This document shows, one piece after another, positions 37,860 to 48,462 of a stretch of DNA of 64,000 bases (within the stretch, counting starts at the first letter, position 1; each line of letters begins with the position of its first letter). The stretch spans positions 512,001-576,000 of the forward strand of contig CAVYJM010000006.1 in the NCBI GenBank assembly GCA_963768855.1. The letters run 5' to 3'. This stretch comes from an uncultured Thermoplasmata archaeon. Its GTDB lineage: Archaea > Thermoplasmatota > Thermoplasmata > RBG-16-68-12. Below the pieces are notes generated by a model. The model was not told where the DNA came from. It was given only the letters and a program-made list of their open reading frames with translations, and searched no databases. The translations under genes were made by a program, and so were the position numbers.

Positions 37860-39278
37860 TCAGCCGCCCCCGGCGCCCACGAGGTCCTTGCTCGGCGCCG
37901 TCAGGTGCTTCGGGTCGAGGATCTTCGCGGCTTCCTCAGCGCTCAGGAGCCCTTTCTCGACGACGATCTGCCTCACGGACTTGCCCGTGCGGCCCGCCTC
38001 CTTCGCGATCTCCGCGGCCTTCTCGTACCCAATAATCGGGTTGAGCTTGGTGGCGATCGCGGGGCTCGACTCCGCATACTGCAGTAGTAGGTCCACGTTC
38101 GCCGTGATTCCGTCGATGCACTTGTGCGAGAAGACCTTCGCCACGTTCGACAGGAGCTCGATGTTCTGCTGAAGGCGGTGCGACATGACGGGCATCATCG
38201 TGCACAGGTCGAGGTTCGAGTGGGTGTTGGCCACCGCGATGGCCTCGTCGTTGCCGATGGCGGTGACCGCGACCTGCATGACCGCCTCCGGGATGACCGG
38301 GTTCACCTTCCCGGGCATGATGGACGAGCCCGGCTGGACCGCGGGCAAGTTGATTTCCCGCAGGCCCGTGTGCGGCCCTGACGACAGCCAGCGCAGATCG
38401 TTGGCGATCTTCAGCATCGAGATCGCCACCGTCCGAATCGCACCGCTCGCTTCAACGAGGGAGTCCTGGGCCATCTGGGCCTCGAAGTGGTTGTCGGCCA
38501 CGCGGAATTTCGCATTCGTCGCGCCACCGATCTTCTCGACGACCCGGCCGGGGAAGTCGGGATGGCTGTTGATTCCGGTGCCGACCGCGGTCCCGCCGAT
38601 CGCGAGCTCCGTGAGGGACGCCCGCGACGCAGTCACCCGGCGGATGCCGTGGTCGATCTGGGACTGGTACCCGGAGAACTCCTGCCCCAGGCGAATCGGG
38701 GTCGCGTCCATCAGATGAGTGCGCCCGGACTTGACCACGGGGTCGAACTCCTTCGCCTTGCGCGCGAGGCTCTCCTCGAGCTCGCGCAGCGCGGGGAGCA
38801 GGTCCTGGTCGATTGCGATCACGGCGGCCACGTGGATCGCGGTCGGGATGACATCGTTCGAGGACTGGCCCATGTTCACGTGGTCGTTCGGGTGAACCGC
38901 TCCCTTCTCTCCGAGCGGGGTGCCCAGCATCTCGTTCGCGCGGTTCGCGATGACCTCGTTCGCGTTCATGTTCGTCGAGGTGCCGCTCCCGGTCTGGTAG
39001 ATGTCGAGGGGGAACTGGTCATCCAGCTTCCCGTCCATGACTTCCTGGCACGCCTGGACGATTGCCTTGCCGATCTTCGATTCCAGGAGGCCCAGCTCCA
39101 TGTTCGTCTGCGCGGACGCCAGCTTGATCAGGCCGATGGAATAGATGAACCGCCGGCCGAAGCGGATCCCGCTGATGGGGAAGTTTTCGATCGCGCGCTG
39201 TGTCTGGGCTCCCCAGTACGCTGTCTTGGGGACCTTCAGCTCTCCCAGGAAGTCCTTCTCGGTGCGAAACTCCGTCAT
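37860..39278 (-). CDS. fumC: Class II fumarate hydratase (fumarase/aspartase family)
   Basis: GAQTQR, QTGSGTSTNMN, SSNDVIPT, GRTHLMDA and GSSIMPGKVNP motifs. Confidence 0.93.
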   Translation of the reverse strand: MTEFRTEKDFLGELKVPKTAYWGAQTQRAIENFPISGIRFGRRFIYSIGLIKLASAQTNMELGLLESKIGKAIVQACQEVMDGKLDDQFPLDIYQTGSGTSTNMNANEVIANRANEMLGTPLGEKGAVHPNDHVNMGQSSNDVIPTAIHVAAVIAIDQDLLPALRELEESLARKAKEFDPVVKSGRTHLMDATPIRLGQEFSGYQSQIDHGIRRVTASRASLTELAIGGTAVGTGINSHPDFPGRVVEKIGGATNAKFRVADNHFEAQMAQDSLVEASGAIRTVAISMLKIANDLRWLSSGPHTGLREINLPAVQPGSSIMPGKVNPVIPEAVMQVAVTAIGNDEAIAVANTHSNLDLCTMMPVMSHRLQQNIELLSNVAKVFSHKCIDGITANVDLLLQYAESSPAIATKLNPIIGYEKAAEIAKEAGRTGKSVRQIVVEKGLLSAEEAAKILDPKHLTAPSKDLVGAGGG

Positions 39279-39407
39279 GACGAGCCCCGTCTCGCCGACA
39301 GTGGGCACTCCGTATTAATCTTGCCCACCTACGATGGGAAATATGTATTGCACGGGGCGAACGTTCATCTCGCCCGCGGCCGCACCCGGACCCGAAGGTG
39401 GCGCGGT

Positions 39408-40250
39408 TTGCGCGTGATATCCACAGACAAAGTGCGCGAGACGGTCCGGGACCTGTACAAGGAGGCCTGCGTCGTGATCAACCCGGAACTCAAAGCGGCG
39501 TTCGCGGAGGCCGCGAAGGCGGAGCCTTCGACTCAGGGCCGCGAGATCCTGACGATGCTCGTCGAGAACTCGGAGCTCGCGCAGCGCGAGAACCTTCCGA
39601 TGTGCCAGGACACCGGGATCGCCATCGTGTTTCTCGAGCTCGGCGAGGAGGTCCGCTTCGACAAGCCGGGCTTGCTCGCGGCCGTGAACCAGGGCGTCCG
39701 CGAAGCGTGGAAGGAGCAGTACCTGCGCGCCTCGCTCGTGAAGGACCCGCTGCGGCGGGGGAACACGGGCGACAACACGCCCGCGATGGTCCACCTCGAC
39801 CTCGTTCCGGGAGATCGGCTCAAGATCGTCGTCGGAGCGAAGGGCACGGGGGCGGAGAACATGTCCAAGACGAAGATTATGAGCCCCTCCGCCGGGGTCG
39901 AGGGCGCGAAGCAGTTCCTGCTCGAGACCGTCAAGGCCGCAGGACCGAACGCTTGCCCCCCGCTCGTCCTCGGGATGGGCATCGGCGGCAACTTCGAGGA
40001 AGTCACCCTCCTCGCGAAGAAAGCCCTCTACCGGCCCCTCGGGTCGCCGAACCTGGACCCGTATTACGCTGACCTCGAGAAGGAATGGCTCGCGGCCGTG
40101 AACCGACTCGGCGTGGGCCCGCAGGGACTCGGGGGCGGCACGACCGCCCTCGCCCTGCACATCGAGGCGAAATCGTGCCACATCGGCGCCCTGCCCGTCG
40201 CGGTGAACATCGACTGCCACGCGCACCGCCACAAGGAGGCGGTCCTGTGA
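39408..40250 (+). CDS. Fe-S class I fumarate hydratase / tartrate dehydratase alpha subunit
   Basis: PMCQDTG, NACPP, GPQGLGG and CHAHR motifs; TTG start. Confidence 0.92.
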   Translation: MRVISTDKVRETVRDLYKEACVVINPELKAAFAEAAKAEPSTQGREILTMLVENSELAQRENLPMCQDTGIAIVFLELGEEVRFDKPGLLAAVNQGVREAWKEQYLRASLVKDPLRRGNTGDNTPAMVHLDLVPGDRLKIVVGAKGTGAENMSKTKIMSPSAGVEGAKQFLLETVKAAGPNACPPLVLGMGIGGNFEEVTLLAKKALYRPLGSPNLDPYYADLEKEWLAAVNRLGVGPQGLGGGTTALALHIEAKSCHIGALPVAVNIDCHAHRHKEAVL

Positions 40251-40816
40251 GCGACGTCGTGAACCTCCGCCCGCCTCTGAAGGACGCGGATGTGGCGGGA
40301 CTCAAGGTCGGGGACCGCGTGGCGATCACCGGGCTTATGTTCGGCGCCCGCGACTCGGCGCACAAGAAGATGGTCGAGCTCCTGGACCAAGGCAAGCCCC
40401 TCCCCGTGGACCTCCGCGGCCATATCCTCTACTACGTCGGACCGACGCCTGCGCCGCCCGGTCGGGCGATCGGCGCCGCGGGACCGACGACCTCCCTGCG
40501 CATGGACGCCTACGCGCCCCGGATGTACGAGTACGGCGTCAAGGCGACCGTGGGCAAGGGCAGCCGCAACCAGGCGGTGATCGACAGCCTGGTGAAGCAC
40601 AAGGCCGTCTACTTGATCGCGGTGGGTGGCCTCGGGGCGACCCTGTCGCAGCGGATCAAGTCCGCGAAGGTCATCGCTTACCCCGAGCTCGGCACGGAAG
40701 CCCTCTGGGAGTTCAAGGTCGAGGACTTCCCGGCCATCGTCGCGAACGATTCGCGAGGGCGGGACGTCTTCAAGGAAGGGCAAGAGATCTGGGCCAAGAA
40801 GCTCGCCGTCGCCTGA
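40247..40816 (+). CDS. Fe-S class I fumarate hydratase / tartrate dehydratase beta subunit
   Basis: ARDSAHKK, GPTTSLRM and VGKG motifs. Confidence 0.92.
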   Translation: MSDVVNLRPPLKDADVAGLKVGDRVAITGLMFGARDSAHKKMVELLDQGKPLPVDLRGHILYYVGPTPAPPGRAIGAAGPTTSLRMDAYAPRMYEYGVKATVGKGSRNQAVIDSLVKHKAVYLIAVGGLGATLSQRIKSAKVIAYPELGTEALWEFKVEDFPAIVANDSRGRDVFKEGQEIWAKKLAVA

Positions 40817-40876
40817 CACCCGTCCATGGACGGGGAGGGGCCGGCGAATCGGCCCGGGCCTGCACGCTTCTGAACA

Positions 40877-40900
40877 CTTGTCACTCGAGAGTATGACAAG
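40877..40900. promoter_or_regulatory. Inverted repeat CTTGTCA-N10-TGACAAG upstream of the tfb TATA box
   Basis: Perfect 7-bp arms; the core recurs at 46005-46024. Confidence 0.6.
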
Positions 40901-40906
40901 CCCTCT

Positions 40907-40921
40907 TATAATCCCGTTATA
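40907..40921. promoter_or_regulatory. TATAAT-N3-GTTATA overlapping the tfb TATA box
   Basis: One mismatch from the perfect palindrome at the sufB promoter. Confidence 0.5.
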
Positions 40922-40943
40922 TTAGCGTCACTCACACCAGGAA

Positions 40944-41939
40944 GTGGGGGAAGCAAGCGTGCCCAGTGCAACGCGGGTGGATTCGGTGGTCGACGAGGAT
41001 CGGATCTGCCCTGAGTGCAAGAGCGATCACCTTGTGCTAGACTACACGCGCGGCGAACTCGTCTGCGATTCCTGCGGTCTGGTGATCCGGGATAGCACGA
41101 TCGACGAGGGCCCCGAGTGGTCCGCGTACTCCGTGGAGGAGAACGACCGGCTCGCGCGCACCGGCGCGCCGCGCAGCTACGTCGCGGGCTCGTCCGGATT
41201 GACCACGGTCATCCCCTTGGCGAACAAGGACGCGCGGGGGAACACAATCCCGCTCCGCGAGCGGGAGAAGTTCTACCGCATGCGGAAGCTCCAGCGCCAC
41301 TCGGGTCACTCCCGGCCCGGCGAGCGCAGCCTGCCCGAGACGATCCGCGCGCTCGACCGCGTCGCGTCCCTGATGGGCCTCCCGCGCCCCGTGAAGGACG
41401 AGGCCGGATTCATCTGCAAGAAGGCGCTCGAGAAGGGCCTCGTCCGCGGACGCTCCATCGAGGGAATTGTCGCCGCCGCCGTCTACGCGGCGTGCCGGAT
41501 CGACGGCGTGCCTCGGACCCTGGACGAGCTCCAGCAGGTCACCGGCGTCCGGAAGAAGTCGATCGGGAAGGCCTACGGCGCCCTCCTGCGCACCCTGACC
41601 CTGCGGGTGCCCCCGTCCCACCCGACGGACTACGTGAGCCGGTTCTGCTCCAAACTCGGGCTGAGCAACAGCGTGCAGACGGAAGCCCTGAAGATCCTGA
41701 AGGAGCTCGAGAAGGTCGACAGCTCGATGTCGCTCTCGCCGGCGGGGACCGCCGCGGCCGCGATCTACCTCGCCTCCCTCTCCTGCGGCGAGCGAAGACC
41801 GCAGAAGGCAATCGCGAAGGTCGCCGGCGTCAGCGAGGTCACCCTCAGGAACCGCTTCCAGTTCATGGAGGATTTCATGCAGCAGCTCACGTTGCCACGC
41901 GGTCGCGCGCCAAAGGTTGCCACGCCGGGCTCACCCTGA
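40944..41939 (+). CDS. tfb: Transcription initiation factor IIB (probably a paralog)
   Basis: Zn ribbon CPEC...CDSC, GPEW, two cyclin repeats and VSEVTLRNR. Confidence 0.94.
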   Translation: MGEASVPSATRVDSVVDEDRICPECKSDHLVLDYTRGELVCDSCGLVIRDSTIDEGPEWSAYSVEENDRLARTGAPRSYVAGSSGLTTVIPLANKDARGNTIPLREREKFYRMRKLQRHSGHSRPGERSLPETIRALDRVASLMGLPRPVKDEAGFICKKALEKGLVRGRSIEGIVAAAVYAACRIDGVPRTLDELQQVTGVRKKSIGKAYGALLRTLTLRVPPSHPTDYVSRFCSKLGLSNSVQTEALKILKELEKVDSSMSLSPAGTAAAAIYLASLSCGERRPQKAIAKVAGVSEVTLRNRFQFMEDFMQQLTLPRGRAPKVATPGSP

Positions 41940-42172
41940 CCGACCCGGGCCTCCATGGGGGCCGCGGCCCCGTTCTGTTTTCAACGCATGGAAATGTGAC
42001 AAAAGCTTTGTAAGGCGCGGCCATCTGTGTCAAGCCCAGGGACGAGTGCAAACGATGGTGAGGCTGGCCTCGCATCGAACCGGGCTCACACTCGAATCGT
42101 TCAAGAACCCCTCGCCCCATCGCCGACCGACGGCGGCAGGCCGTCGCACCGTGTCTCGAGCGTCGTGATCAG

Positions 42173-44158
42173 ATGAGCGCGAAGCCCCTCAGAATGAATG
42201 ACCTCTCTTGGATGATCGGTGGTCCCCAAGGGAGCGGCGTCGACTCCTCAGCGAACGCCTTCGCGCGCGCCTGCGCCCATGCGGGTCTCAACATCTTCGG
42301 GAAGCGGGAGTACTACTCGAACATCAAGGGGGAGCACTCGTACTTCACGGTGCGGGCCTCCGCCGGGACCGTCCGGTCCCACACCGACGACATCCACCTG
42401 CTGGCGACGTTCGATGCCGAGACGGCGTTCCGGCACGTCCGCGAGGTCGTGGACGACGGTGCGATCATCTATGATCCGGCCCTGGGGAAGACGAAGGTAT
42501 CGGACATCCCGACGATCGAGCACCGCCTGGCGGGCGAGCTCAAGACGTACCTGATCTCCCGCGGCGTCGGCGAGAGCCTCGACGACTTGTTCACGTCCGC
42601 GAAGCAGCGCGGCGTCACCCTCATCCCGATTCCCTACAGCGGCCTACTCGAGCAGATCGCCGACGAGTTCAACGTCGATGCGCTGAGCAAGATCACTCGG
42701 ATGGTCAACATGCTCGCGGTCGGCGCCTCCCTCGGTGTAGTCGGGCTCGACTTCGACTACGCGGTACGGTCTCTCAACGACGTGTTCCGCGGGAAGAAGT
42801 CCACGGTCGACATGAACGCCTCGGGAGCCCGCAAGGCCTACGACCTCGGAAAGACGCTCGCCCCGGACTTCCGGTACCGCCTGCAGACCCTTCCGCGCAA
42901 GGAGCCACGGCTCTTCCTCTCGGGCAGCCAAGCGGGCGCGCTCGGCAAGCTCTACGGCGGGCTCCGCGTGCAGACGTACTACCCGATTACCCCCGCTTCC
43001 GACGAGAGCGAGTTCCTGGAGGCCAACGAGGTCCTGGACCTCGACGGCCGGAGCATCCCCGAGGCCGAGGACTCGAAGTTCGTGACGGAGAAGGGCGCCT
43101 CGGTCCTCGTCGTGCAGACGGAGGACGAGATCGCGGCGATCACGATGGCGATCGGCGCCGCCCTGACGGGCGCAAGGGCCGCGACGGCGACCTCCGGTCC
43201 GGGGTTCTGCCTGATGATGGAAGGCATCGGGTACGCGTCGATCAACGAGATCCCGGTCGTCATCACGCTCTACCAACGCGCCGGACCCAGCACGGGGATG
43301 CCGACCCGGCACGAGCAGGGCGACCTGCGCTTCGCGCTCCACGCGGGCCACGGCGACAGCCCCCGCATCATCCTGGCCTCGGGCGACTTCGAGGAGATGA
43401 TCCGCGACGGCCTGCTCTCCTTCAACTACGCGGAGCGCTACCAGATGCCCGTGATCCACATGGTGGACAAGGCCCTCGCCAACAACAGCGGCACGGTCGC
43501 GGTCCCCGACCTGACGGACCTCCGGATCGACCGCGGGCGGATGGTCGTGGACGGGAACGGATACGGGCCCGAGCACCCCTACCACCGCTTCGAGCTCGGC
43601 GACAACCCGGTCTCCCCACGTGCGGTCATCGGCCAGCACGGCACCCTGTTCTGGAATACAGGCGACGAGCACGACGAGACGGGCCATATCACGGAGGACC
43701 CCGTCTTGCGCGACATGATGATGGAGAAGCGGGAGGCGAAGCTGCAGCTCGCGAACCAGGAGATCCCGGACTCCGTCAAGTTCCATTACTTCGGCCCGAA
43801 GGACGCCCAGACGGTCCTCGTGAGCTGGGGCTCGACGAAGGGCCCGATCCTTGACGCCCTGGATCAGCTCCTCGCGGCGAAGGAGTCCGTCGGGTTCCTG
43901 CAGCTCCGTCTCCTGAACCCCTTCCCCACGGAGGCCGTCCTGGCCCATCTGGCGAAGGCGAAGCACCGCGTCGACATCGAGATGAACTTCAGCGCGCAAC
44001 TCGGCGGACTGATCCGCGAGCGCACGGGCATCGCGCCGACCCACCTCGTCCTGAAGTACAACGGCCGCCCGATGTCGAACAACGAGGTCCACGACGCGGT
44101 CAGGGCGATCATCCGCAATCAGGCTCCTCCCAGGACGGTGCTAACCCATGGCGCTTGA
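42173..44158 (+). CDS. korA: 2-oxoacid:ferredoxin oxidoreductase alpha subunit (gamma+alpha fusion)
   Basis: [28 protein letters not shown] and [11 protein letters not shown] motifs. Substrate not determinable. Confidence 0.93.
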   Translation: MSAKPLRMNDLSWMIGGPQGSGVDSSANAFARACAHAGLNIFGKREYYSNIKGEHSYFTVRASAGTVRSHTDDIHLLATFDAETAFRHVREVVDDGAIIYDPALGKTKVSDIPTIEHRLAGELKTYLISRGVGESLDDLFTSAKQRGVTLIPIPYSGLLEQIADEFNVDALSKITRMVNMLAVGASLGVVGLDFDYAVRSLNDVFRGKKSTVDMNASGARKAYDLGKTLAPDFRYRLQTLPRKEPRLFLSGSQAGALGKLYGGLRVQTYYPITPASDESEFLEANEVLDLDGRSIPEAEDSKFVTEKGASVLVVQTEDEIAAITMAIGAALTGARAATATSGPGFCLMMEGIGYASINEIPVVITLYQRAGPSTGMPTRHEQGDLRFALHAGHGDSPRIILASGDFEEMIRDGLLSFNYAERYQMPVIHMVDKALANNSGTVAVPDLTDLRIDRGRMVVDGNGYGPEHPYHRFELGDNPVSPRAVIGQHGTLFWNTGDEHDETGHITEDPVLRDMMMEKREAKLQLANQEIPDSVKFHYFGPKDAQTVLVSWGSTKGPILDALDQLLAAKESVGFLQLRLLNPFPTEAVLAHLAKAKHRVDIEMNFSAQLGGLIRERTGIAPTHLVLKYNGRPMSNNEVHDAVRAIIRNQAPPRTVLTHGA

Positions 44159-45134
44159 ACAGGTGCTGAAGGCCCAGGACTTCGCCACGGAGGTCCACAA
44201 CGACTGGTGCCCCGGATGCGGGGACTTCGGCATCCTCCGGACGATCCAGATGGCCCTCGCGGAGCTGAAGGTCGATCCCTACCGCGTTGCGATGGTCTCC
44301 GGGATCGGATGCTCCGCGAAGACGGTCCACTACATCAAGACGTACGGGGTCCACACCCTCCATGGTCGCGTCCTGCCCGTCGCGCAGGGCATCAAGCTCG
44401 CCAACCCGAACCTCGAGGTTGTCGCCGTCGGAGGCGACGGGGACGGCATGGGCATTGGCGGTGCGCACTTCGTCAACGCGGGGCGGCGGAACCTCGACAT
44501 GCTCTACGTCCTGTTCGACAACGGCGTGTACGGGCTCACGAAGGGACAGGCCTCGCCCACCCTCAAGCTCGGCGTCCAGACGAAGTCCCTCGCGCACCCG
44601 AACATCAACGAGGCCGTGAACCCGATCTGGCTCGCCCTCGCGGCCGGCGCGACGTGGGTCGGGCGCGGGTACTCCTATGACGTGAAGCACCTGAAGGACC
44701 TGATCGTCCAGGGGATCCGCCACAAGGGCTACGCCTTTCTTGACGTGCTCCAGCCCTGCCCGACGTACAACGACATCAACACGAAGGAGTGGTATGGCGG
44801 CGAGGACCGGGCGGATCAGAACGGCGGGAGGGCGCTCCCGCGGGTCTACAAGCTCGACACGGAGGCGTTCGACCCGGTCGTCCACGACCCGACGGAGATC
44901 GAGGACAAGGCAAAGCAGGCGCTTGCGAAGGCCCTCGAGTGGGGCGACCGCATCCCGATCGGCGTGTTCTACAACAACGAGCACATCCCCGACCTGGGGG
45001 AGCGGATCCGCCAGCGCATCCCGACGTACTATGAGAGGACGCCGGCGGAGCAGCGCATCGCGGGCCCGAACGGCGAACCCCTGACGGACATCAGCAAGCT
45101 CTTCGCGCGGCTCACCGTCCCGCCCTCGGCGTGA
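44148..45134 (+). CDS. korB: 2-oxoacid:ferredoxin oxidoreductase beta subunit
   Basis: [19 protein letters not shown]...[10 protein letters not shown] and QPCPTYN motifs. Confidence 0.94.
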   Translation: MALEQVLKAQDFATEVHNDWCPGCGDFGILRTIQMALAELKVDPYRVAMVSGIGCSAKTVHYIKTYGVHTLHGRVLPVAQGIKLANPNLEVVAVGGDGDGMGIGGAHFVNAGRRNLDMLYVLFDNGVYGLTKGQASPTLKLGVQTKSLAHPNINEAVNPIWLALAAGATWVGRGYSYDVKHLKDLIVQGIRHKGYAFLDVLQPCPTYNDINTKEWYGGEDRADQNGGRALPRVYKLDTEAFDPVVHDPTEIEDKAKQALAKALEWGDRIPIGVFYNNEHIPDLGERIRQRIPTYYERTPAEQRIAGPNGEPLTDISKLFARLTVPPSA

Positions 45135-45957
45135 CGCGGGCCGCAAGCCCCTCGATCAACCGGGGTCGGAGGTTCGTCCGCTTCCCCATCTCCCAGATGC
45201 GTTCCGCCATCTGCTCCATGGCCGAGGCGATCGCGGGGTCGTCGGTCCAGATGGCGATGTCCTCCCCACGGAAGCCCGAGTCGTCGTCGGGGATCGGGTG
45301 GCTCATCAGGAACTGCTGGCCGTCCACTCCATGGCGGCAGACCGGGGTGAAGAAGTCGATGTGGCGGATCTCGGAGTAGCGGCTGAGGGAGCGGACTTCG
45401 GTCTCGTTGTCCGGATTCGTGAAGAACGCGAATTTCACCGTCACGCCGAGGGCCGCTTTCGCCTCGAGCTCCTGCCCGAGCCCGCGCAGGATCCGCGCGG
45501 GGCTGTGCATCGATCCGATCGCGATGATCTCGGTCTCCGCGTGCTCATACATCTCGACGAGCCTGTCGCGGACATTGCGGCGCCCGTAGATGGCCTCGAA
45601 CCGGCCCGGTCGGTCGGGCAGCTCGAGGGGAGTGACCGAGAACTCCCGCGCGAGGGTCTCCGCATTCGACGTGAGCTGGAGCGCCTTCTGGCGATAGTCC
45701 GCCGCGAGCGTCTTCAAGTAGCTCGAGAAGGGCACGGCCTTGTACCGGACCGGCTTCTCGGGAAGGATCTGGACGAGGCCTTTCCCGTGGAGCTGCTGCA
45801 TCGTCGTGTAGATGCGGGTGCGGGGCACGCGGGAGAGCGCGGGGATCTGGCTGGCCGTTGCGGTCCCTAGGTCGAGGAGCGCGAGGTAGACCCGGGCCTG
45901 GTATTCGGTGAGCCCAAATCCCTTCAGCTTCTGGAGGCGATCCTGATTGATCGGCGT
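45112..45957 (-). CDS. TrmB-family transcriptional regulator
   Basis: [14 protein letters not shown]...VPRTRIY..M..L..KGLV; C-terminal PLD-like domain. Start uncertain. Confidence 0.9.
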   Translation of the reverse strand, partial: TPINQDRLQKLKGFGLTEYQARVYLALLDLGTATASQIPALSRVPRTRIYTTMQQLHGKGLVQILPEKPVRYKAVPFSSYLKTLAADYRQKALQLTSNAETLAREFSVTPLELPDRPGRFEAIYGRRNVRDRLVEMYEHAETEIIAIGSMHSPARILRGLGQELEAKAALGVTVKFAFFTNPDNETEVRSLSRYSEIRHIDFFTPVCRHGVDGQQFLMSHPIPDDDSGFRGEDIAIWTDDPAIASAMEQMAERIWEMGKRTNLRPRLIEGLAARVTPRAGR

Positions 45958-46004
45958 GCGCGACCCCTCCGGGGCGTCTGGATGCCGACCGCTCCTTAAA
46001 AGAC

Positions 46005-46024
46005 TGTCACTCCTGCCGGTGACA
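46005..46024. promoter_or_regulatory. Inverted repeat TGTCAC-N8-GTGACA between divergent trmB and the FAD oxidoreductase gene
   Basis: Perfect 6-bp arms next to the trmB TATA box (TTTTAA, minus strand). Confidence 0.6.
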
Positions 46025-46103
46025 CCAAACCCTCGTCCGCCGCAGGAAAGGGCTTTACCGCGAGGCGGACTCACCGAAGGCCGATGCATGGGGTCCGGCT
46101 CCC

Positions 46104-47693
46104 GTGATCGCGACTCCGCCTCGCGACCTCGTCCGCGCCTTGCGAGGCGCCCTCGGGGAGGGATGCGTCTTCGACGACGACGCCTCCCTCCGGGAATTCT
46201 CCATGGACGCGAGCCCTTGCCTCGTGCCACCCCTGGCCGTCGTGCGTCCCCGATCCGAGGCCCAGGTCGTGGCGATCGTACAGGAGTGCGCCCGCCGCGG
46301 CGTGTCCCTCACCCCACGCGCCGCGGGGACCTCCCTCTCGGGCGCGGCGATCGGGCCCGGCGTCGTTTTGGACACGTCGCGCCTCGCTTCGATCCGCGAG
46401 TTCGCCCCCTCGGAGGACTGGGTGCGGGTCGAGCCCGGCGTGCCCCTGGCCGACCTGAACGCGTTCCTCGCCGAGCGGGGCCACCGGTTCCCACTCGAGC
46501 CAGGAAGTCGAGAGTGGTGCCGGATCGGCGGGATGGTGGGCCACAACGCTTCCGGATACCAGAGCGTGAAGTACGGCCAGACCCGCGACTACGTCCTCGC
46601 TCTGCGAGTCGTCCTCGCTGACGGGACGCTGCTCGACGCGCGGGATGTTCCGGTGGACGGCGAGGAATGGCACCGCCTCGTTGCACGGGTACCCGCGTTG
46701 GAGACCGTCCGCCGCATCCTCGGGGACCACCGAGAGGCGATCCTCGCATCCCGCCGCGCGGTGACCAAACACTCCTGCGGGTACGGGCTCGCGCACCTCG
46801 TGGAGGGCCTCGACGCGGGGCGGTTCCCGCTTGCCGATCTCTTCGTCGGGAGCGAGGGCACACTCGGCGTGGTCACGGAGGCCACCTTGCGCGTCCTGCT
46901 CCGCCCGCCTCGAACCGTCACCTGCCTCCTCTACCTGGACGCGCTCGAAGACATGGGCCGGCTCGTGCAGGGCCTCCTTCCCCTGGGGCCCAGCGCGATC
47001 GAGGGGATCGACGGGGACTCCCTTGACGTCCTCGGCCGCGAGGCGTATGGAATCCCTGCGGCCGCGCGGGCCATGGTCCTCGTGGAGTTCGACGCGGGAG
47101 ACCTCGACGCCCTTGCGACGCAGGTCGTCCGGGAGATTGGAGCCCGCTATCGTCTGAGCGCGCCCGCCGAGGCCGCGACGGACCCCGCGCGCCAGGCCGC
47201 GGTCTGGAAGGCGCGGCGCTCCCTGTTCCCCACGCTCCTGCGCCGCCCCGGGAGCCGCCGGCCCTGGGGCTTCGTCGAGGACCCAATCGTCCCGCGGGAC
47301 CGGGTGGCCGAGTTCATCCTCTTCCTCACCGAGCTGACTCGCAAGTACGGGACCGTGGCGGGGATCTACGGCCACCTCGGGGACGGGAACACCCATTACC
47401 GCCCCGTCTTCGACCCGATGGACCCGGACGACCTCGAGAAGATGCGCGCCCTGCGTAAGGAGTTCGACGACGCGGTCCTGGACCGGTTCCATGGGCTTCC
47501 CTCAGGAGAGCACGGGATCGGCCGCATCCGTGCGGACGTCCTCCGGCGGATATGGGGCCCCGAGGTGTACGAGGCGATGCGGGGCATCAAGGACGCCCTG
47601 GATCCCCGCGACCTCCTGAATCCCGGGGTCCTGTTCTCGACCTCGGAGTGGTGGGAGACGTGGGGGGGCCTCGAAGCGCGTGAACCGTTGTGA
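46104..47693 (+). CDS. FAD-linked oxidoreductase (GlcD/D-lactate dehydrogenase-like)
   Basis: PRAAGTSLSG, IGGMVGHNASG, GSEGTLG, GHLGDGNTH, SGEHGIG and LNPG motifs. Confidence 0.92.
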   Translation: MIATPPRDLVRALRGALGEGCVFDDDASLREFSMDASPCLVPPLAVVRPRSEAQVVAIVQECARRGVSLTPRAAGTSLSGAAIGPGVVLDTSRLASIREFAPSEDWVRVEPGVPLADLNAFLAERGHRFPLEPGSREWCRIGGMVGHNASGYQSVKYGQTRDYVLALRVVLADGTLLDARDVPVDGEEWHRLVARVPALETVRRILGDHREAILASRRAVTKHSCGYGLAHLVEGLDAGRFPLADLFVGSEGTLGVVTEATLRVLLRPPRTVTCLLYLDALEDMGRLVQGLLPLGPSAIEGIDGDSLDVLGREAYGIPAAARAMVLVEFDAGDLDALATQVVREIGARYRLSAPAEAATDPARQAAVWKARRSLFPTLLRRPGSRRPWGFVEDPIVPRDRVAEFILFLTELTRKYGTVAGIYGHLGDGNTHYRPVFDPMDPDDLEKMRALRKEFDDAVLDRFHGLPSGEHGIGRIRADVLRRIWGPEVYEAMRGIKDALDPRDLLNPGVLFSTSEWWETWGGLEAREPL

Positions 47694-47796
47694 AGGACCC
47701 GCACCGAATGTTTAAGCCCCGGACCGCGTGGCAAGGATTAAGAAGCACACCGGTTTACGCGTCCCGTCGCACCCCGGTGAGGCGGAGGAATCGACC

Positions 47797-48462
47797 ATGA
47801 TCCAGCGGGCGGAGCAGTCCAACATCGTCGGCCTCCGGTCGAGGGACTTCCTCAAATGGGTCGACGAGAACATCGACGCTCCCCTCAAGCGGGGCCCCGG
47901 CGGCGCGATGGTCAAGAGGATGAAGGAGGGCCTCGTCGGGGAGTTCTTCAACTGGGCCAAGCGGAACTCGACGTGGCCGCTGCACTTCGGGATCATGTGC
48001 TGCGCGATCGAGATGGCCGCAACCTCGGACCCGCGCTACGACGTGGAGCGGTTCGGCGTCATCTACCGCAGCTCCCCGCGGCAGTGCGACGTGCTCCTGC
48101 TCAACGGTCCGATCTCCCTGAAGCTCCGCCCCGCGGTGCGCCGCCTCTATGAACAGATGGCGGACCCGAAGTGGGTGATCGCGATGGGGGAGTGCACGAT
48201 CTGCGGCGGACCCTACTACGACTCGTACAGCATCGTGAAGGGCTCGTACACGTTCGTCCCGACAGACGTCTTCATCCCGGGCTGCCCGGTGCGGCCTGAG
48301 GCCTTGATCGACGGGTTTCTCAAGCTCAGCGCGAAGATCAAGGCGGAACGGACCGGCTGGATCAAGACGAAGAAGGGGCGGCTCGTGAGCTCCCGTGAGG
48401 GCGAGCTGATGGACCTGCGTGAAGGAGACTACACCTATGAAGTCCCCCAAGTCCGACACTGA
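47797..48462 (+). CDS. nuoB: Complex I-like subunit B
   Basis: MCCAIEM, ERFG...SPRQCD, YEQMADPKWVIAMG and PGCP motifs. Confidence 0.93.
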   Translation: MIQRAEQSNIVGLRSRDFLKWVDENIDAPLKRGPGGAMVKRMKEGLVGEFFNWAKRNSTWPLHFGIMCCAIEMAATSDPRYDVERFGVIYRSSPRQCDVLLLNGPISLKLRPAVRRLYEQMADPKWVIAMGECTICGGPYYDSYSIVKGSYTFVPTDVFIPGCPVRPEALIDGFLKLSAKIKAERTGWIKTKKGRLVSSREGELMDLREGDYTYEVPQVRH

